64,000 nt of DNA from Heptranchias perlo. Lineage: Eukaryota. Of the stretch, positions 11,020 to 23,976 are shown piece after piece (the first letter of the stretch is position 1; the number at the start of each line of letters is the position of its first letter). The notes beneath the pieces are model-generated. The model saw nothing but the letters and a program-made list of their open reading frames with translations, was not told the origin of the DNA and searched no databases. The DNA is taken from the NCBI RefSeq assembly GCF_035084215.1, contig NC_090328.1, forward strand, positions 138,012,001-138,076,000. The letters are read 5' to 3'. A program made the translations under genes and the position numbers.

Positions 11020-13808
11020 TGCTAATCTTCCAATCCTCCTTAGATACGGGGCTGGTGCCAGAGGACCGGAGAATTGCAAATGTTACATCCTTGTTCAAAA
11101 AAGGGTGTAAGGATAAACCCAACAACTACAGGCCAGTCAGTTTAACCTCGGTGGTGGGGAAGCTTTTAGAAACGATAATTTGGGACAAAATTAATAGTCA
11201 CTTGGACAAGTGTGGATTAATAAAAGGAAAGCCAACACGGATTTGTTAAAGGCAAATTGTATTTAACTAACTTGATTGAGTTTTTTGATGAGGTAACAGA
11301 AGGCTGACGAGGGCAATGCTGTTGATGTTGTGTATATGGACTTTTAAAAAGGCGTTTGATAAAATGCCACACAATAGGCTTGTCAGCAAAATTTTAGCCC
11401 GTGGAATAAAAGGGGCAGTGGCAGCATGGATACGAAATTGGCTAAGTGACAGGAAACAGAGAATAGTGGTGAACGGTTGTTTTTCGGACTGGAGGGAGGT
11501 GTACAGTGGTGTTCCCCAGGGGTCGGTACTAAGACCACTGCTTTTTTTGATGTATATTAATGACTTGGACTTGGGTGTACAGGGCACAATTTCAAAATTT
11601 GCAGATGACACAAAACTTGGAAGTGTAGTGAACAGTGAGGAGGATAGTGATAGACTTCAAGAGGATATAGACAGGCTGGTGGAATGAGCAGACACATGGC
11701 AGATGAAATTTAATGCAGAGCAGTGCGAAGTGATATATTTTGGCAGGAACAATGAGGAGAGGCAATATAAACTAAATGGTACAATTCTAAAGGGGGTGAA
11801 GGAACAGAGACACCTGGGGGATATATGTGCACAAATCATTGAAGGTGGCAGGACAGGTTGAGAAAGCGGTTTAAAAAGCATACAGGATCCTGGGCTTTAT
11901 AGAGGCGTAGAGTACATAGAAACATAGAAAATAGAAGCAGGAGTAGGCCATTTGGCTCTTTGAGCCTGCTCCACCATTCAATATGATCATGGATGATCAT
12001 CTATCAATACTCACAATGCTCTCCCCATACCCCTTGATGCCTTGTGTCTAGAAATCTATCGAGCTCCTTCTTAAATATATTCAGTGACTTGGCCTCCACA
12101 GCCTTCTGTGGTAGAGAATTCCACAGGTTCACCACCCTCTGAGTGAAGAAATTTCTCCTCATCTCAGTCCTAAATGTCCTATCCCGTATCCTGAGTCTGT
12201 GACCTCTCGTTCTGGACCCCTCAGCCAGGGGAAACATCCTCCCTGCATCCAGTCTGTCTCGCCCTGTCAGAATTTTATATGTTTCAATGAGATCCCCTCT
12301 CATTCTTCTAAACTCGAGTGAATACAGGCCGAGTCGACCCAATCTCTCCTCATACGACAGTCCTGCCATCCCAGGAATCAGTCTGGTGAACCTTCGCTGC
12401 ACTCCCTCTATGGCAAGTATATCCTTTCTTAGGTAAGGAGACCAAAACTGCACACAATACTCCAGGTGTGATCTCACCAAGGCCCTGTATAACTGCAGTA
12501 AGACATCCTTGCTCCTGTACTCAAATCCTCTTGCAATGAAGGCCAACATAGCATTTGCCTTCCTAACTGCATGCTGCACCTGCATGTTTGCTTTCAGTGA
12601 CACCCAGGTCCCTTTGTACATCAACATTTCCCAATCTATCACTATTTAAATAATACTCTGCCTTTCTGTTTTTCCTTCGTAAGTGGATAATTTCACATTT
12701 ATCCACATTATACTGCATCTGCCATGTATTTGCCCACTCACTCAACTTGTCTAAATCGCCTTGAAGCCTCTTTGCATCCTCCTCACAACTCACAATCCCA
12801 CCTAGTTTTGTGTTGTCAGCAAACTTGGAAATTTTACATTTGGTTCCCTCATCCAAATCATTGATATATATTGTGAATAGCTGGGGCCCAAGCACTGATC
12901 CCTGCGGTACCCCACTAGTCACTGCCTGCCACCCCGAAAAAGACCCATTTATTCCTACTCTCTGTTTCCTGTCTGTTAACCAATTTTCAATCCATGTCAG
13001 TAAAATACCCCCACAATCCCATGTGCTTTAATTTTGCACAATAACCTCTTACGTGGGTCTTTATCAAAGGCCTTCTGAAAATCCAAATAAACCACATCCA
13101 CTGGTTCTCCCTCATCTATTACATCAAAAACTCCAGTAGGTTTGTCAAACATGATTTCCCTTTCATAAATCCATGTTGACTTTGTCTAATCCCATTGATA
13201 TTTTCTAAGTGTCCTCAATACAAAAGCAAGGAAGTTATTTTGAATCTTTATAAAACACTGGTTCTGCCACAACTGGATTATTGTATCCAGTTCTGGGCAC
13301 CGCACTTTAGGAAGGATGTGAAGGCCTTAGAGAGGGTGCAGAAAAGATTTACTAGAATGGTTCCACGAATGAGGGACTTCAGTTCCGTGGATAGACAGGA
13401 GAAGCTGGGGTTGTTTGCCTTAGAGCAGTGAAGGTTGAAGGGAGATTTGATCGAGGTGTTTAAAATCACGACGGGTTTAAGATAAAGTAAATAAGGAGAA
13501 ACTGTTCCCATTGGCAGAAGGGTCGAGAACCAGAGGACACAGATTTAAGGTGATTGGCAAAAGAACCAAAGGCAATGTGAGGAAAAGCTTTGAACTATGA
13601 TCTGGAATGTGCTGCCTGAAGGGGTGGTCGATGCAGGTTCAATTGTGTCGTTCAAAAAGGAATTGAATAAATATTTGGAGAAAAAATTGCAGGGCTACAG
13701 GGAAAAAGCAGGGACTGGGACTAACTGGACTGCTCTTACAAAGAGCTGGCACAGGCTTGATGGGCTGAATGGCCTCCTTCTGTGCTGTAACAATTCTATG
13801 ATTCTATA
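11020..13808 (+). mobile_element. CR1 LINE split in two (11020-11916 and 13219-13808) by an antisense CR1
   Basis: RT motifs ([13 protein letters not shown]) on the left; host sequence resumes at TACAAAAGCAAGGAAG; tail ATTCTATGATTCTAT. Confidence 0.9.
11917..13218 (-). mobile_element. Nested antisense CR1 LINE (RT and C-terminus)
   Basis: ORFs 12004-12642 and 12563-12922 are CR1 ORF2; tail appears as TAGAAACATAGAAA; TACA flanks both ends (11913-11916, 13219-13222). Confidence 0.9.
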
Positions 13809-15574
13809 AGTGTAAAGTTTAATTATTGTCAGTTATTACTATATGCTTAATAAATCTGCAAACATGTACAATCAATGCTGTGAATCCTATTGTTTTGAGG
13901 AGTAATTTAAGTAAGAACACCCATCCTGTAACACACCAAAACGAGGAAACAGAGGCAGGAGGCTGGCAACTGCTCCTTCCACCTCATCTACATGAGATCA
14001 TTGGGCCTGCACTTGTTGCGGGCTCAGGCCCAGGTCTGCCTTTGCTCCCACCTTTCAAGAAGTCCTGAAAATCCCAGGGCATGATAAAAGTCTCTGCCCC
14101 TATTGCCAGACCTTTGTGCCCAGGAAATTGGTGTTGCCTGAGGGCTAAAGTCAGGAAAATCAGCTCCACATAGTTTTGATGAAGAAACAAGCTAAAATTG
14201 AGTAATTGAAGGATAGAAGGGGAGACAAAGAAATCCATATCCTACTGGGGTTTAACAAAAGAAAATAGCCAGGAGAAATTGAGTTGATTCAGCACTGCCC
14301 CATTATTATACATAGGTCAATACAATAACCTGATGTACAGTATAACTTTCAATATGATATGTAAGGGTAGGAAGCTGGAATTTGAAATGAATGTTATGTT
14401 TTTGCTAATCCTCAGGACATCCAACATCACCCAAGTATGTTAACTGGATGAATTAACTCTTAAAATAAGTCATGTTTTTACAATAGAGAATATTAATGTA
14501 ATGTTATTGGATTGAAAAAGTATAACTAACATAATAAACCTCTGTACATCACTCAATGAAAAGTGTATGCACAGTAAATGGATTTATCAAAATCTCAAAA
14601 GAACTGGAATTGGATTGTGGGCGTATTGGCTCTAATGTGCAATTGGGGTAGAATTTCTACGGGGATTATCTCAATCTCAGACATAATTTTGGTGGAAAAC
14701 TGGCAGAAACCCGGGAAAACGGTGTTAATGATAGTTTTAGAGAGCTGGTGAAGGAGCGATGGGCTGAAGTGACCTCCTTCTGTGATTCTCTGATAAGAGG
14801 GTTGTAAATAAAGGAAAATGAGCTTCTCTCCTATTTTTCTCAAAAGAAAAAAATTACGGCCTCGAGAACTAATTCATAGAAATATACACGATCTCAAACT
14901 TCTTCTGTTATTTACTTCGGCTATTAAAATGTTGATGGATGGCTAAATGTTTCAACAGAATTTCAGTCTCTTTCATCCCTCATTAGAGTGGCTCTAGGGA
15001 GAAGGGTGTTAATAGATGTAGAGGAAATCTGTCATGTTCCTTCAGGTCCCATGTCATTATTTCCTTCCACCTAAAGGATGCCACGTCTCCCACAGTATTG
15101 TCAAGAATGATTCTTCAGTTGCATAATTTATTCAGAGCTGGGGCGGCGATTAGTTTCTTGCTCCATTCAGTCCCCAGAACTACCTCGATCAACACTCGGA
15201 AGTCACAGGGTAGTTATAAGTTATCACAGGCTTAGTCTACATTTCTGTCTTTGCGACTCTTCAGCATTACAAATATATTTTGAAATTGGCTGTCTGGGAA
15301 GATCGCCACGATCCCGCCCGAAATCAGCAGTGAATGTTGGAATATTTGGGTGGTGAGGCCTGCCCCCACCTCACCGTCCGACCAGGATTTCCCTTTACCG
15401 GCCAGGACAGCCACTGCCCACTCCTTCCCCGTCATTCACCATCATTAACACAGCTTCCCAAGGCCATCACACAGAAGCAGCAGTAAGTATTCAAATGGAG
15501 GGAGAGTGGTTGTGTAGTGGCCTCCTCTCTTTCCAGACAGCTTCAGAGACTCGACTGCTGAAAATGGCAGTCCA

Positions 15575-15745
15575 GGCTGTATTTACATGGTGCCTTCCAT
15601 GAACTCCCTATGTACTTCACGGCCAATGAAGTACTTTTGAAGTGTAGCCACTGTTGTAATGCAGTAGCCAATTTGTACACAGCAAGGTCCCATAAACAGC
15701 AATGAGATAAATGACCAGATAATCTGTTTTAGTGATATTGGTTTA
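15575..15745 (-). mobile_element. 3' fragment of a Deu-domain SINE (SacSINE1/AmnSINE1-like)
   Basis: Reverse complement resembles 23080-23260 and 51150-51240; family assignment from recall. Confidence 0.6.
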
Positions 15746-16550
15746 CAGATATCAACAAGGCTGTGCCCCTAGCCGAAAGAGGCTTCTCACACACAGCCCT
15801 TAAGAGAAATCCATATATGATCTCCTTGGTCTATAGACCCTGTGGTGTGGGCTTTTGCTGAATTCTCCTCTGTCCTCATCATCCTGTTCCTCAAAGCTTA
15901 GAAACAATGATATTCCAAGAGGGAAACCTGTTATCTATTTACAAGGTTATTCTCCCTTTATATTCTTTGGAAGCTACAGTGATTACCGTTAAATCATGAT
16001 AACTTAGTACTGTGACCCATTGGAAGTCATTTTCAGTCTGCACAGTCCTGCAGAAATGTGGCATTCAGTGACCTCTGCCCCTTATACTGGTAGTGCTTTC
16101 TGGGGGGTGTATAGTGGGTGAAAGGAGAGGGAAGTACTGAGGGCTAGTAAGCCAGGCTCCTCTGCCTTCATCTACATGCGGCTAACGGCAGGCAGGCCAG
16201 GGTTATAGTGGGATCAGCAGAGGGAACCAAAGCAGCATTTCTAGGAGGAGTATCAGCAGGAGTCACACCTGCCCATTTCTCTTGTCCGTCCACCTCTATA
16301 CTATTTTAATTCAGGCAGATTTATCCAGGAAATTGCAGGCCATGCAGTGTATTCCTCTTAATTCAAAGTTGCTTAGTTAAAATTATCCGTTAATTTAAAT
16401 TGATCCCATACAAATAAAACACTTTCCGTGGTGTGTTATTTAAATTGCTCAACTTGAATTACTGGAGAATCCAATTTTTTTTGAGCAAAAAATGAGCTTT
16501 TATTAACAGGAGTAGACTTCTGTATTTCAAAGTGAGTAGGTGGACAGCCT

Positions 16551-16730
16551 GGGGGTCATTTTTACTTTCACCATCTGGACGGTAATCAGGCAGAGCAGAT
16601 CACCCGTTCTGGAACCCGCCCGATTTCCATTCCCTTCAAATCAACGGAATGAAATTCGGGTGGATTCTATAACGGATGGGTGATCTGCAGTCAGATTACT
16701 ACTCAGGCGGTGAAGGTGAAAGTTACCCCC
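16551..16730. mobile_element. 180-bp palindromic MITE, probably of the Harbinger type
   Basis: Left end GGGGGTCATTTTTACTTTCACC versus reverse complement of right end GGGGGTAACTTTCACCTTCACC; complementarity continues almost to the centre; flanks CCT/TCT. Confidence 0.8.
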
Positions 16731-17029
16731 TCTTTCCCATATGGTTTGTACTGTGCAATCCTGTGGTAAAAAGGTATTTGTTCGTCCTGTGGCAAACTAC
16801 CCCAGTCATGTCATGCAAAGGGTGCGAGTTTCACCACTGCAGGTGCTGGTCTGCTTATGGGAAACTCTTTGCTGTGGGCACAAGACTTAGGGGTCGCAGA
16901 GAACTCAAATTGTAACAATGAGTAAAATACTTTAATCTTAAAGCTGTAAAAAAAAAAATTTAGAATAGAGGTAGAAAATAATTAAAGTTAAAATGGAAGG
17001 AGAGAGAATTGGGGAAGGGAACAGCTCAA

Positions 17030-17700
17030 GCACAGGAAATGGCAGACTTACTAAATAGTTACTTCGTACTGATCTTCACAGTAGAGGATGAGGATAAAAC
17101 ACCAAAGATTACAAGGAAAACTAAAAATAAATCAAGCGGAGGAACTAATTAGATTCAATATAAGCAAAAAAAAATGGTGATGGAAAAACGAATGAGATTA
17201 AAGATGGACAAACCTCCAGGACCTGATGGTTTCCACTCCGGGCCATTAAAAGGTGAGGAGATTGTTGATGTGTCGGGTTGCACGGACTGGGCTTGTATTC
17301 TCTTGAATATAGAAGATTAAGGGGTGATCTAATGGAGGTGGTTAAGGTGATTAAACGATTTGATAGGGTAGATAGAGAGAGACTATTTCCTCCGGTGGGA
17401 GAGTCCAGAAGAAGGGGCATAACCTTAAAATTAGAGCTCAGCCGTTCGGGGGTGATGTCAGGAAGCACTTCTTCAGACAGGCTAGGAGAAATCTGGAATT
17501 CTCTCCCCCAAAAAACCTGTTGAGGCTGGGGGTCAATTGAAATTTCAAAATTAAAATTGATAGATTTCTGTTAGACAAGGGTATTAAGGGTTACGGAACC
17601 AAGGTGGGTAGATGCAGTTAAGATACAGATCAGCCACAATCTAATTGAATGGCAGAACAGGCTCGAGGGGCTGAATGGCCTTCTCCTATTCCTATGTTCC
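17030..17700 (+). mobile_element. Internally deleted CR1 fragment
   Basis: GLYSLEYRRLRGDLMEV...EIWNSLP plus a 3' UTR ending CCTATGTTCC. Confidence 0.85.
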
Positions 17701-18082
17701 AACAGGTAAAGTATTCAACCTTTTTATATGTTAAATTGTGTTTTAATTTAGTAATCGAGAATTAGTATTTTCTGTAAAGTGTTTGAATTGTTTGATTTAG
17801 TAATTGAGGTATTACAGTATTAAAACTATTCCTAATGTGAGTAGCTTTATGTAATATCAGAATTATTTTCAACTTTGCATTGAACAAGCTGATAACTTGT
17901 AGAACTGGTTGGTCCAGTGAAACAGGATTTCTCTGAACCTGCCAGCAGTCTAAGAGTTAAATGATGTGGTTGTTGACCTGCCTATCAATGTTAATTGTAA
18001 GCACTGCGAATGGAACTTTCAAAATGGCAGACAAATTATTCTGGAGAGGGGTGAAAGCCATTTCACAAAGATCAGAGATGTT

Positions 18083-18395
18083 AACAACAACAGCAACAAC
18101 ATGCATTTCATATACACCTTTAACATAGTAAAAACATCCCAAGGCACTTCACAGGAGTGTTAGACAACATTTGACATCAAGCCACAGAGATATTGGGACA
18201 AGTGACCAAAAGCTTGGTCAAAGAGGTAGGTTTTAAGGAGCAACTTAAAGTAGGAGAGAAAGGTGGAGAGGCAGAGAGGTTTGGGGCAGGAATCTAAAGC
18301 TTAGGATCAAGGCAGCTGAAGGCATGGCCGCCAATCATGGAGCGATGATAATCGGGGATATGCAAGAGGCTAGAATTGGTGGAGCGCAGAGATCG
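18083..18395 (-). mobile_element. L2-like LINE 3' end
   Basis: (AAC)n tail followed by sequence similar to 44030-44230; L2 assignment from recall. Confidence 0.6.
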
Positions 18396-19114
18396 TAGCC
18401 CTGGTGAGCAGGAGAGCAGAGCTCCAGCCTCTGAATATTGGGTTAACATCTGGTGGGGTACTCATGCCCGATGGGAGTGGAGCAATGACCACCTGTCGTG
18501 TCTAATGGCCCCCCACCCTGATCAGGCTAATAACCTGTCCACATAAAAAGGGGTCTTCACTATGGAAACAACCCAGATCACAATCTCCTGTATGTAAAGC
18601 AGTGGAAGAAATGGAACTGGGCACGGAAGTGAAGTGTACATACTGCATGGTTTTTTCCATCATTACCTGCTGTGTAATCTGCTCTGTGTTATTTTCTCAG
18701 TCCACAAGACAAGTAAAATAAATCAAAATATTAAGCAGTGGGATTGCAGCTAATGAACAGTTCTGCAAATCTATTATTCAAAATGTACTATTTTTTGCAA
18801 GACAGCAATTAGAAACATTTAAGAATATGAAACAACTTGAGAATGGATCATTAAGCAGCCAAAACATGTCAGAAATGCTACGCTAATGACCAGTATGAAC
18901 AGACAACCACTGGAAATACATGATGGTCTTCAGTTTTAGACAGAAGATATAAAGGTTTCTTACTAAGATGAAACATTGGGATAGATACTGCTTGGAGCTC
19001 CACGCTGCTCCATAGATCTATACTAACCCACAAACTTCGTCTTTTCTTTGGCCACTTCCTTGAACGGGAAGCAGAGAAGAGCCCAGCGTCAGTTCAGGTG
19101 AAGCTAAGACCCTG

Positions 19115-19655
19115 GGAGAAGCAAACAAGGCAAGGGAATACACAATAAATGGGAAGATACTGAGAGGTGTAGAGGAAGAGAGGGACCTTGGAGTGCATGT
19201 CCACAGATCCCTGTAGGACAGGTAGATAAGGTGGTTAAGAAGGCATACAAGATACTTTCCTTTATTAGCCAAGGCAGAGAATATAAGAGCAGGGAGGTTA
19301 TACTAGAACTGTATAAAACATTGGTTGGGCCACAGCTCGAGTACTGCGTACAGTTCTGGTCACCACATTGCAGGAAGGATGTAATTGCACTAGAGAGGGT
19401 GCAGAGGAGATTTACGAGGATGTTGCCAGGACTGGAGAATTTTAACTATGAGGAAAGATTGGATAGACTGGGGTTGTTCTCTTTGGAACAGAGGAGGCTG
19501 AGGGGTGATTTAATTAAGGTGTATAAAATTATGAAGGGCCTAGATAGAGTGGATGGGAAGGATCTATTTCCCTTAGCAGAGAGGTCAATAATCAGGATGT
19601 ATAGATTTAAAGTGATTGGTAGAAGGATTAGAGGGGAGCCGAGGAAAATTTTCTA
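19115..19655 (+). mobile_element. CR1 ORF2 C-terminal fragment
   Basis: ORF 19231-19743 contains LYKTLVGPQLEYCVQFWSP...RRLRGDLIKVYKIM. Confidence 0.9.
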
Positions 19656-19739
19656 TAATTCTATGCAAGAGGATCGATCTCTCCCCTCGACCAATCAGAT
19701 TGCAGCATTTTTGACAGCTGCCTCTGCAGGCTTGGAACA

Positions 19740-20240
19740 TTAAACAAGGAAGTGAAAAGATACAACATTTTAAATCAATGTAAAAACAGTGAAAAAAAGG
19801 TAAGAAATAATTCAATTAAATAAGATTCAGAAGGGAAAAGTAAAAAAAAATAATTTCTTAATTTTTAAAAAAAAATTTTAATGACCAAAACTATTAAAAT
19901 AAGGAGTAATGAGACTTCACATTTTTAAAAGATAATTTTTAGTTGTTTGGCAGTCATTAAGACTTACCATGCTGTTAAAACTTAGTTTAGACCTGTATTT
20001 TTAAGCATACCTGTTTGGTGATGTAATTAGTTACTTTCCAGTTGGGTAGATAAGCAGGTTTGCATTTTTTCAATGATTTCCCTGATTGCAGTGTGCGATG
20101 TCCCATCAATTTGAAGCTGCCATATCGCAGGTGAACCAGTAGGAGCAGGTTCCGATTTCCCCGTTTCACCTCCATTTCGCTACTAACAACGGAGAGCATT
20201 GTTGAGCTCTGTTATTTCCCAAGCACCTTTTGCCCCATTA
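19740..20240. repeat. Unclassified interspersed repeat, with a related copy at about 54560-54915
   Basis: Both sites share an AT-rich block and the ...TTTGGCAGTCATTAAGACTTA / TTTTGCAGTCATTAACAGTTA segment. Confidence 0.5.
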
Positions 20241-20289
20241 TAGATTATTTTCAATAATTGGGACCAAGAGCATAATTAAATAAAAGTCA

Positions 20290-21390
20290 TATGTAGCAAG
20301 CCAAATCTTGTTAAAGTTGAAGCAATGCTTAAAATACCTTCTCTCGCTGACAAAAATAGCGAGAGAATTCTCGGAATGACTTGCTATCTGCATTATGTTG
20401 CTTCAAACTTCTCAGAGATAACTGCCTCTATTCATGATATACTAAAGAAAGAAGTTGACTTTGCATGTGACTGTCATGATGAGATGTGTTTGGATGAGAT
20501 CAAGAGGATCATCTCTCAAGCACTGAAGTACGTTGCTGTAGTAAGGATGTAGTTGTATACTAAGATGCATATGAAACGGAACTGGGAGTATGTCTCTTCT
20601 AAGATTAGCCTTAACTCATGCCTCAAAATTTCCAACTGAAACAGATAAATTATGTTCAGATCAAAAAAGAACAATGAACTATTGTTTTTAATATGAATGG
20701 TATGTCTCTGGAAAGAAAATCATAGAAAGTGACCACAAACCATTCCCAGTAGTGCACCCAAAAAGCTAGAGAATAATATGTCTTTAAAATACAAATTTGA
20801 TGTTATTTGCAAGAGGCAAGGACGTGTTTCTTGCTGACGCGCTGAGCAAAGTGCATCTACTTCACATAACCAGAGAGGTTGAGGATATTGAAGTCATATC
20901 AATTGACACACATTTAGACACATAGAGAGAAACCCTGGATATAGTGTAATACCTCTATCTGAACATGGAATGAGCAAGCTATTGAAGCAGCTGAAGATTT
21001 CAAACTGTTGAAAGTGAAAATAAGCAACGGACGGTCTGGCCCAAGAGAAGTGCCGCCCAGGTTGCTGTGTGTTTCAGCACTAGAGATGAACTGAGCATGC
21101 TGAGTATGGATTGGTATTCAAGGGAGATTGAGTGATTATACCACTCTGTATGAGAATCCAAGATTATCTCCAGAGAGCTAAAGATAGATAAATGATCCTC
21201 AGATGAACAAGGCTGCAGGCACATACATATATAGGTGTGATGTATGCAAACAGTTTCAAATCAAAAAACAATTGGAACCGCTGATGGAAAAGGCTCCCTT
21301 CAATACTGTGAATAACAAGCCCACTATTGTAACAAGGTGTGGTAGAGTAGTGCAAAACCCATGTAACGGGTTTATCGATCAGTGACCCCT
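20290..21390 (+). mobile_element. Heavily decayed Ty3/Gypsy pol relic (RT-RNaseH to integrase end)
   Basis: ILGMTCYLHYVASNFSEITASIHDILKKEVDF (RT-RH linker), IESDHKP, LADALSK and a terminal TRCGRVV (TRSGR-like) motif, with many stops. Confidence 0.75.
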
Positions 21391-22196
21391 GTTTGAATTG
21401 TTAAAATTGGAACCATTGGACTCTATAGTTGATATAAACTTGACATTTCATCAACAACTTTTTATGACAAATACAGGAAGTTCCCTTTAATCTGGAAGTG
21501 TTTGTATGACTGATAGCTGCATGTGGCAAATTGAAAATGGCAAAACAGTAATCGGCATATTATTAAAAATACTCACATATTCTCATTTGTTACTGAACTA
21601 ACTGCAACAAATACTAACAACTAGAGAGCGATACTAACAACTAGAGAGTGAGAGAGATAAAAGTAGTGCTCAGTTCTAAATCTGAAAGAGCAAAGAGCAA
21701 ACTTTTTTAAGCTCCAATAGGCAAGTTGTCCTGCAAGTTATCAGTTAAACAATGTCAGATGGTTCCCTTCTCCATACTCACTTTTCAAAGACCACTGCTG
21801 TAGAGGAGGGATTGAAAAATAAGATAGTGCACAGTTATCAGCCATCTTATGGTCATCAATAAATCTCCAGTTCACTTGTTATTCCTCTTCCCTCCCCCCC
21901 CCCCCCCCAAGGATTTCAGGGCTTTTTTCCCCTCGGTGTTAACTGCTTAAGGATCCTTTAACTTATTCCTTCACCTTTTCTTATATACAAATGGGTCATT
22001 GGCTATTGGTTTCAAGTTACCAGAGAGAGTAGATTGAACACTTCCATAAACATTTTGAAAGGCAGCTTGACTGGAGAGCAGCACTGGTAGCTCCCATTGA
22101 GTTTGTTGGAGTGGCCTCCCAACCAAGGTGATCAAGAGAAGGAAGGTGAAAGAGAAAAAAAAATAGGAAACAGAAATTTCTAAAGTAGTTTCTGAA

Positions 22197-22512
22197 AACA
22201 TGAATAGGAGCAGGAGTAGGCCATACGGCCCCTCAAGCCTGGTCCGCCATTCAATCAGATCATGGCTGATCTTCCACCTCAATTCCACTTTCCTGCCCTA
22301 TCGCCATATCCCTTGATTCCCTTAGTATCCAAAAATCTATTGATCTGAGTCTTGAATATACTTAATGACTGAGCATCCACAGCCCTCCGGGGCAGAAAAT
22401 TCCAAAGATTCACAACCCTGAGTGAAGAAATTTTTCCTCAGCTCAGTCCAAAATGGCTGACCCCTTATTTTGACACTATGACCCCTATTTCTAGACTCTC
22501 CAGCCAGGGAAA
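22197..22512 (-). mobile_element. CR1 3' end
   Basis: ESRNRGHSVKIRG...NFFTQ and a 3' UTR homologous to 11917-12230. Confidence 0.85.
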
Positions 22513-22841
22513 ATGAGATGTTAGCAATAGAATTGCCAACATAGTGACTGGCTACTGACAAAACTAAACATAAAATTCATTCGCCTTGACAAGCCTGGTG
22601 ATTCAATGACAGAAAAGTGCATGTGCTAATAGTCATTTTATTAGTAGTGTTGGTGGAGTGGGTGGTAACTTTTGCTCATTCTACCAAAACAGTTCTTGAA
22701 AGTAAACAGGTGCAACACTCATTAACACACACTGATCGAGTGTTAATCTTTTATTTTGCTTGGTAACTGCTTGTTAAGCAGTAATTAAAGTAAAACCTGT
22801 TAATTTATTCAGGATTTACTTCAACTTCCTGTTCTAATGAT

Positions 22842-22995
22842 GTGGAGATGCCGGTGATGGACTGGGGTTGACAATTGTAAACAATTTTACAACACCAAGT
22901 TATAGTCCAACAATTTTATTTGAAATTCACAAGCTTTCGGAGGCTTCCTCCTTCCTAAGGTGAATGTTGTGGAAATGAAATCCTCTGCAATGAAA
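22842..22995 (-). mobile_element. Penelope-like terminal fragment containing a minimal hammerhead ribozyme motif, with a 10-bp TSD
   Basis: TTCTAATGAT is duplicated at 22832-22841 and 22996-23005. The minus strand at 22965-22925 reads ATTCAC-CTTAGGA-A-GGAGG-AAG-CCTCC-GAAA-GCTT-GTGAAT. Confidence 0.7.
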
Positions 22996-23005
22996 TTCTA
23001 ATGAT

Positions 23006-23270
23006 TAAGGTGGATGTTAAAAGATTCCATGGCTCTGTTTGAAGAGCGAGGAGTTGTCCTATGTCCTGGCCAACATTCCTCCCTCAACCAACAAATAAAT
23101 GAACTGGCCATTCATCTCATTACTATTAGTGGGAATTTGCCATGTGCAAAATGGCTATTGTATTTACTTACATAACAACAGTCAGGACATTTCAAATTAA
23201 TTCACTATGTAAAACAGTTTAGAAAGTTTCTAAGAGATATGATTAGATACTATATAAATACAGTCTTTCA
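23006..23270 (+). mobile_element. Deu-domain SINE (SacSINE1/AmnSINE1-like), central domain and 3' part
   Basis: GGATGTTAAAAGATTCCATGGC...GTCCTGGCCAACATTCCTCCCTCAACCAAC resembles the DeuSINE core as I recall it. Confidence 0.65.
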
Positions 23271-23284
23271 TCAAGTTTTATCAA

Positions 23285-23976
23285 AGATCACAGATCCCTG
23301 AAGGTAGCAGGACAGGTAGATAAGGTGGTTAAGAAGGCATACGGGATACTTTCCTTTATTAGCCAAGGCATAGAATATAAGAGCAGGGATGTTATGCTAG
23401 AACTGTATAAAACTGTATAGTAAGGCCACAGCTTGAGTACTGCGTACAGTTCTGGTCACCACGTTACAGGTGAGATGAGATTGCATTAGAGGATACAGAG
23501 CAGATTTATGAGGATGTTGCCAGGGCTGGAGAATTTTAGCAATGAGAAAAGATTGGATAGGCTGGGGTTGTTTTCTTTAGAACAAAGGCTGAGGGGAGAC
23601 TTAATTGAAGCATATAAAATTATGTGGGGACTAGATCGTGTGTATAGGGAGGATCTATTTCCCTTAGCAGAGGGGTCAATGACCAGAGGGCATAAATTCA
23701 AAGTAATTGGTAGAAGGATTAGAGGGGAGCTGGGGAGAATTTTTTTCACCAAGAGGGTGGTGGGGGTCTGGAACTCACTGCCCAAAAGGGTGGTAGAGGC
23801 AGAAACCCTCGACTCATTTAAAAGTACTTGGATGTGCACCTGAAGAACCATAACCTGCAAGGCTACAGACCAAGTGCTAGAAAGTGGGATTGAGCTGGAT
23901 AGCTCTTTTTCAGCCAGCACAGACACGATGGGCCAAATGGCCTCCTTCTGTGCTGTAACTCTTTATGACTCTATGA
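23285..23976 (+). mobile_element. CR1 3' fragment
   Basis: ORF 23508-23843 is the CR1 C-terminus; tail TATGACTCTATGA; similar to 19200-19650. Confidence 0.9.

Noticed and set aside
8870-15480. Several GC-richer patches (about 8870-9500, 10120-10470, 13950-14160, 15290-15480) resembling decayed non-autonomous DNA elements
   Set aside because: I could not define termini or family by eye, so they are not reported as features.
18395-18640. Possible 5' UTR remnant of an RTE-like LINE
   Set aside because: The resemblance is too weak and there is no adjoining ORF.
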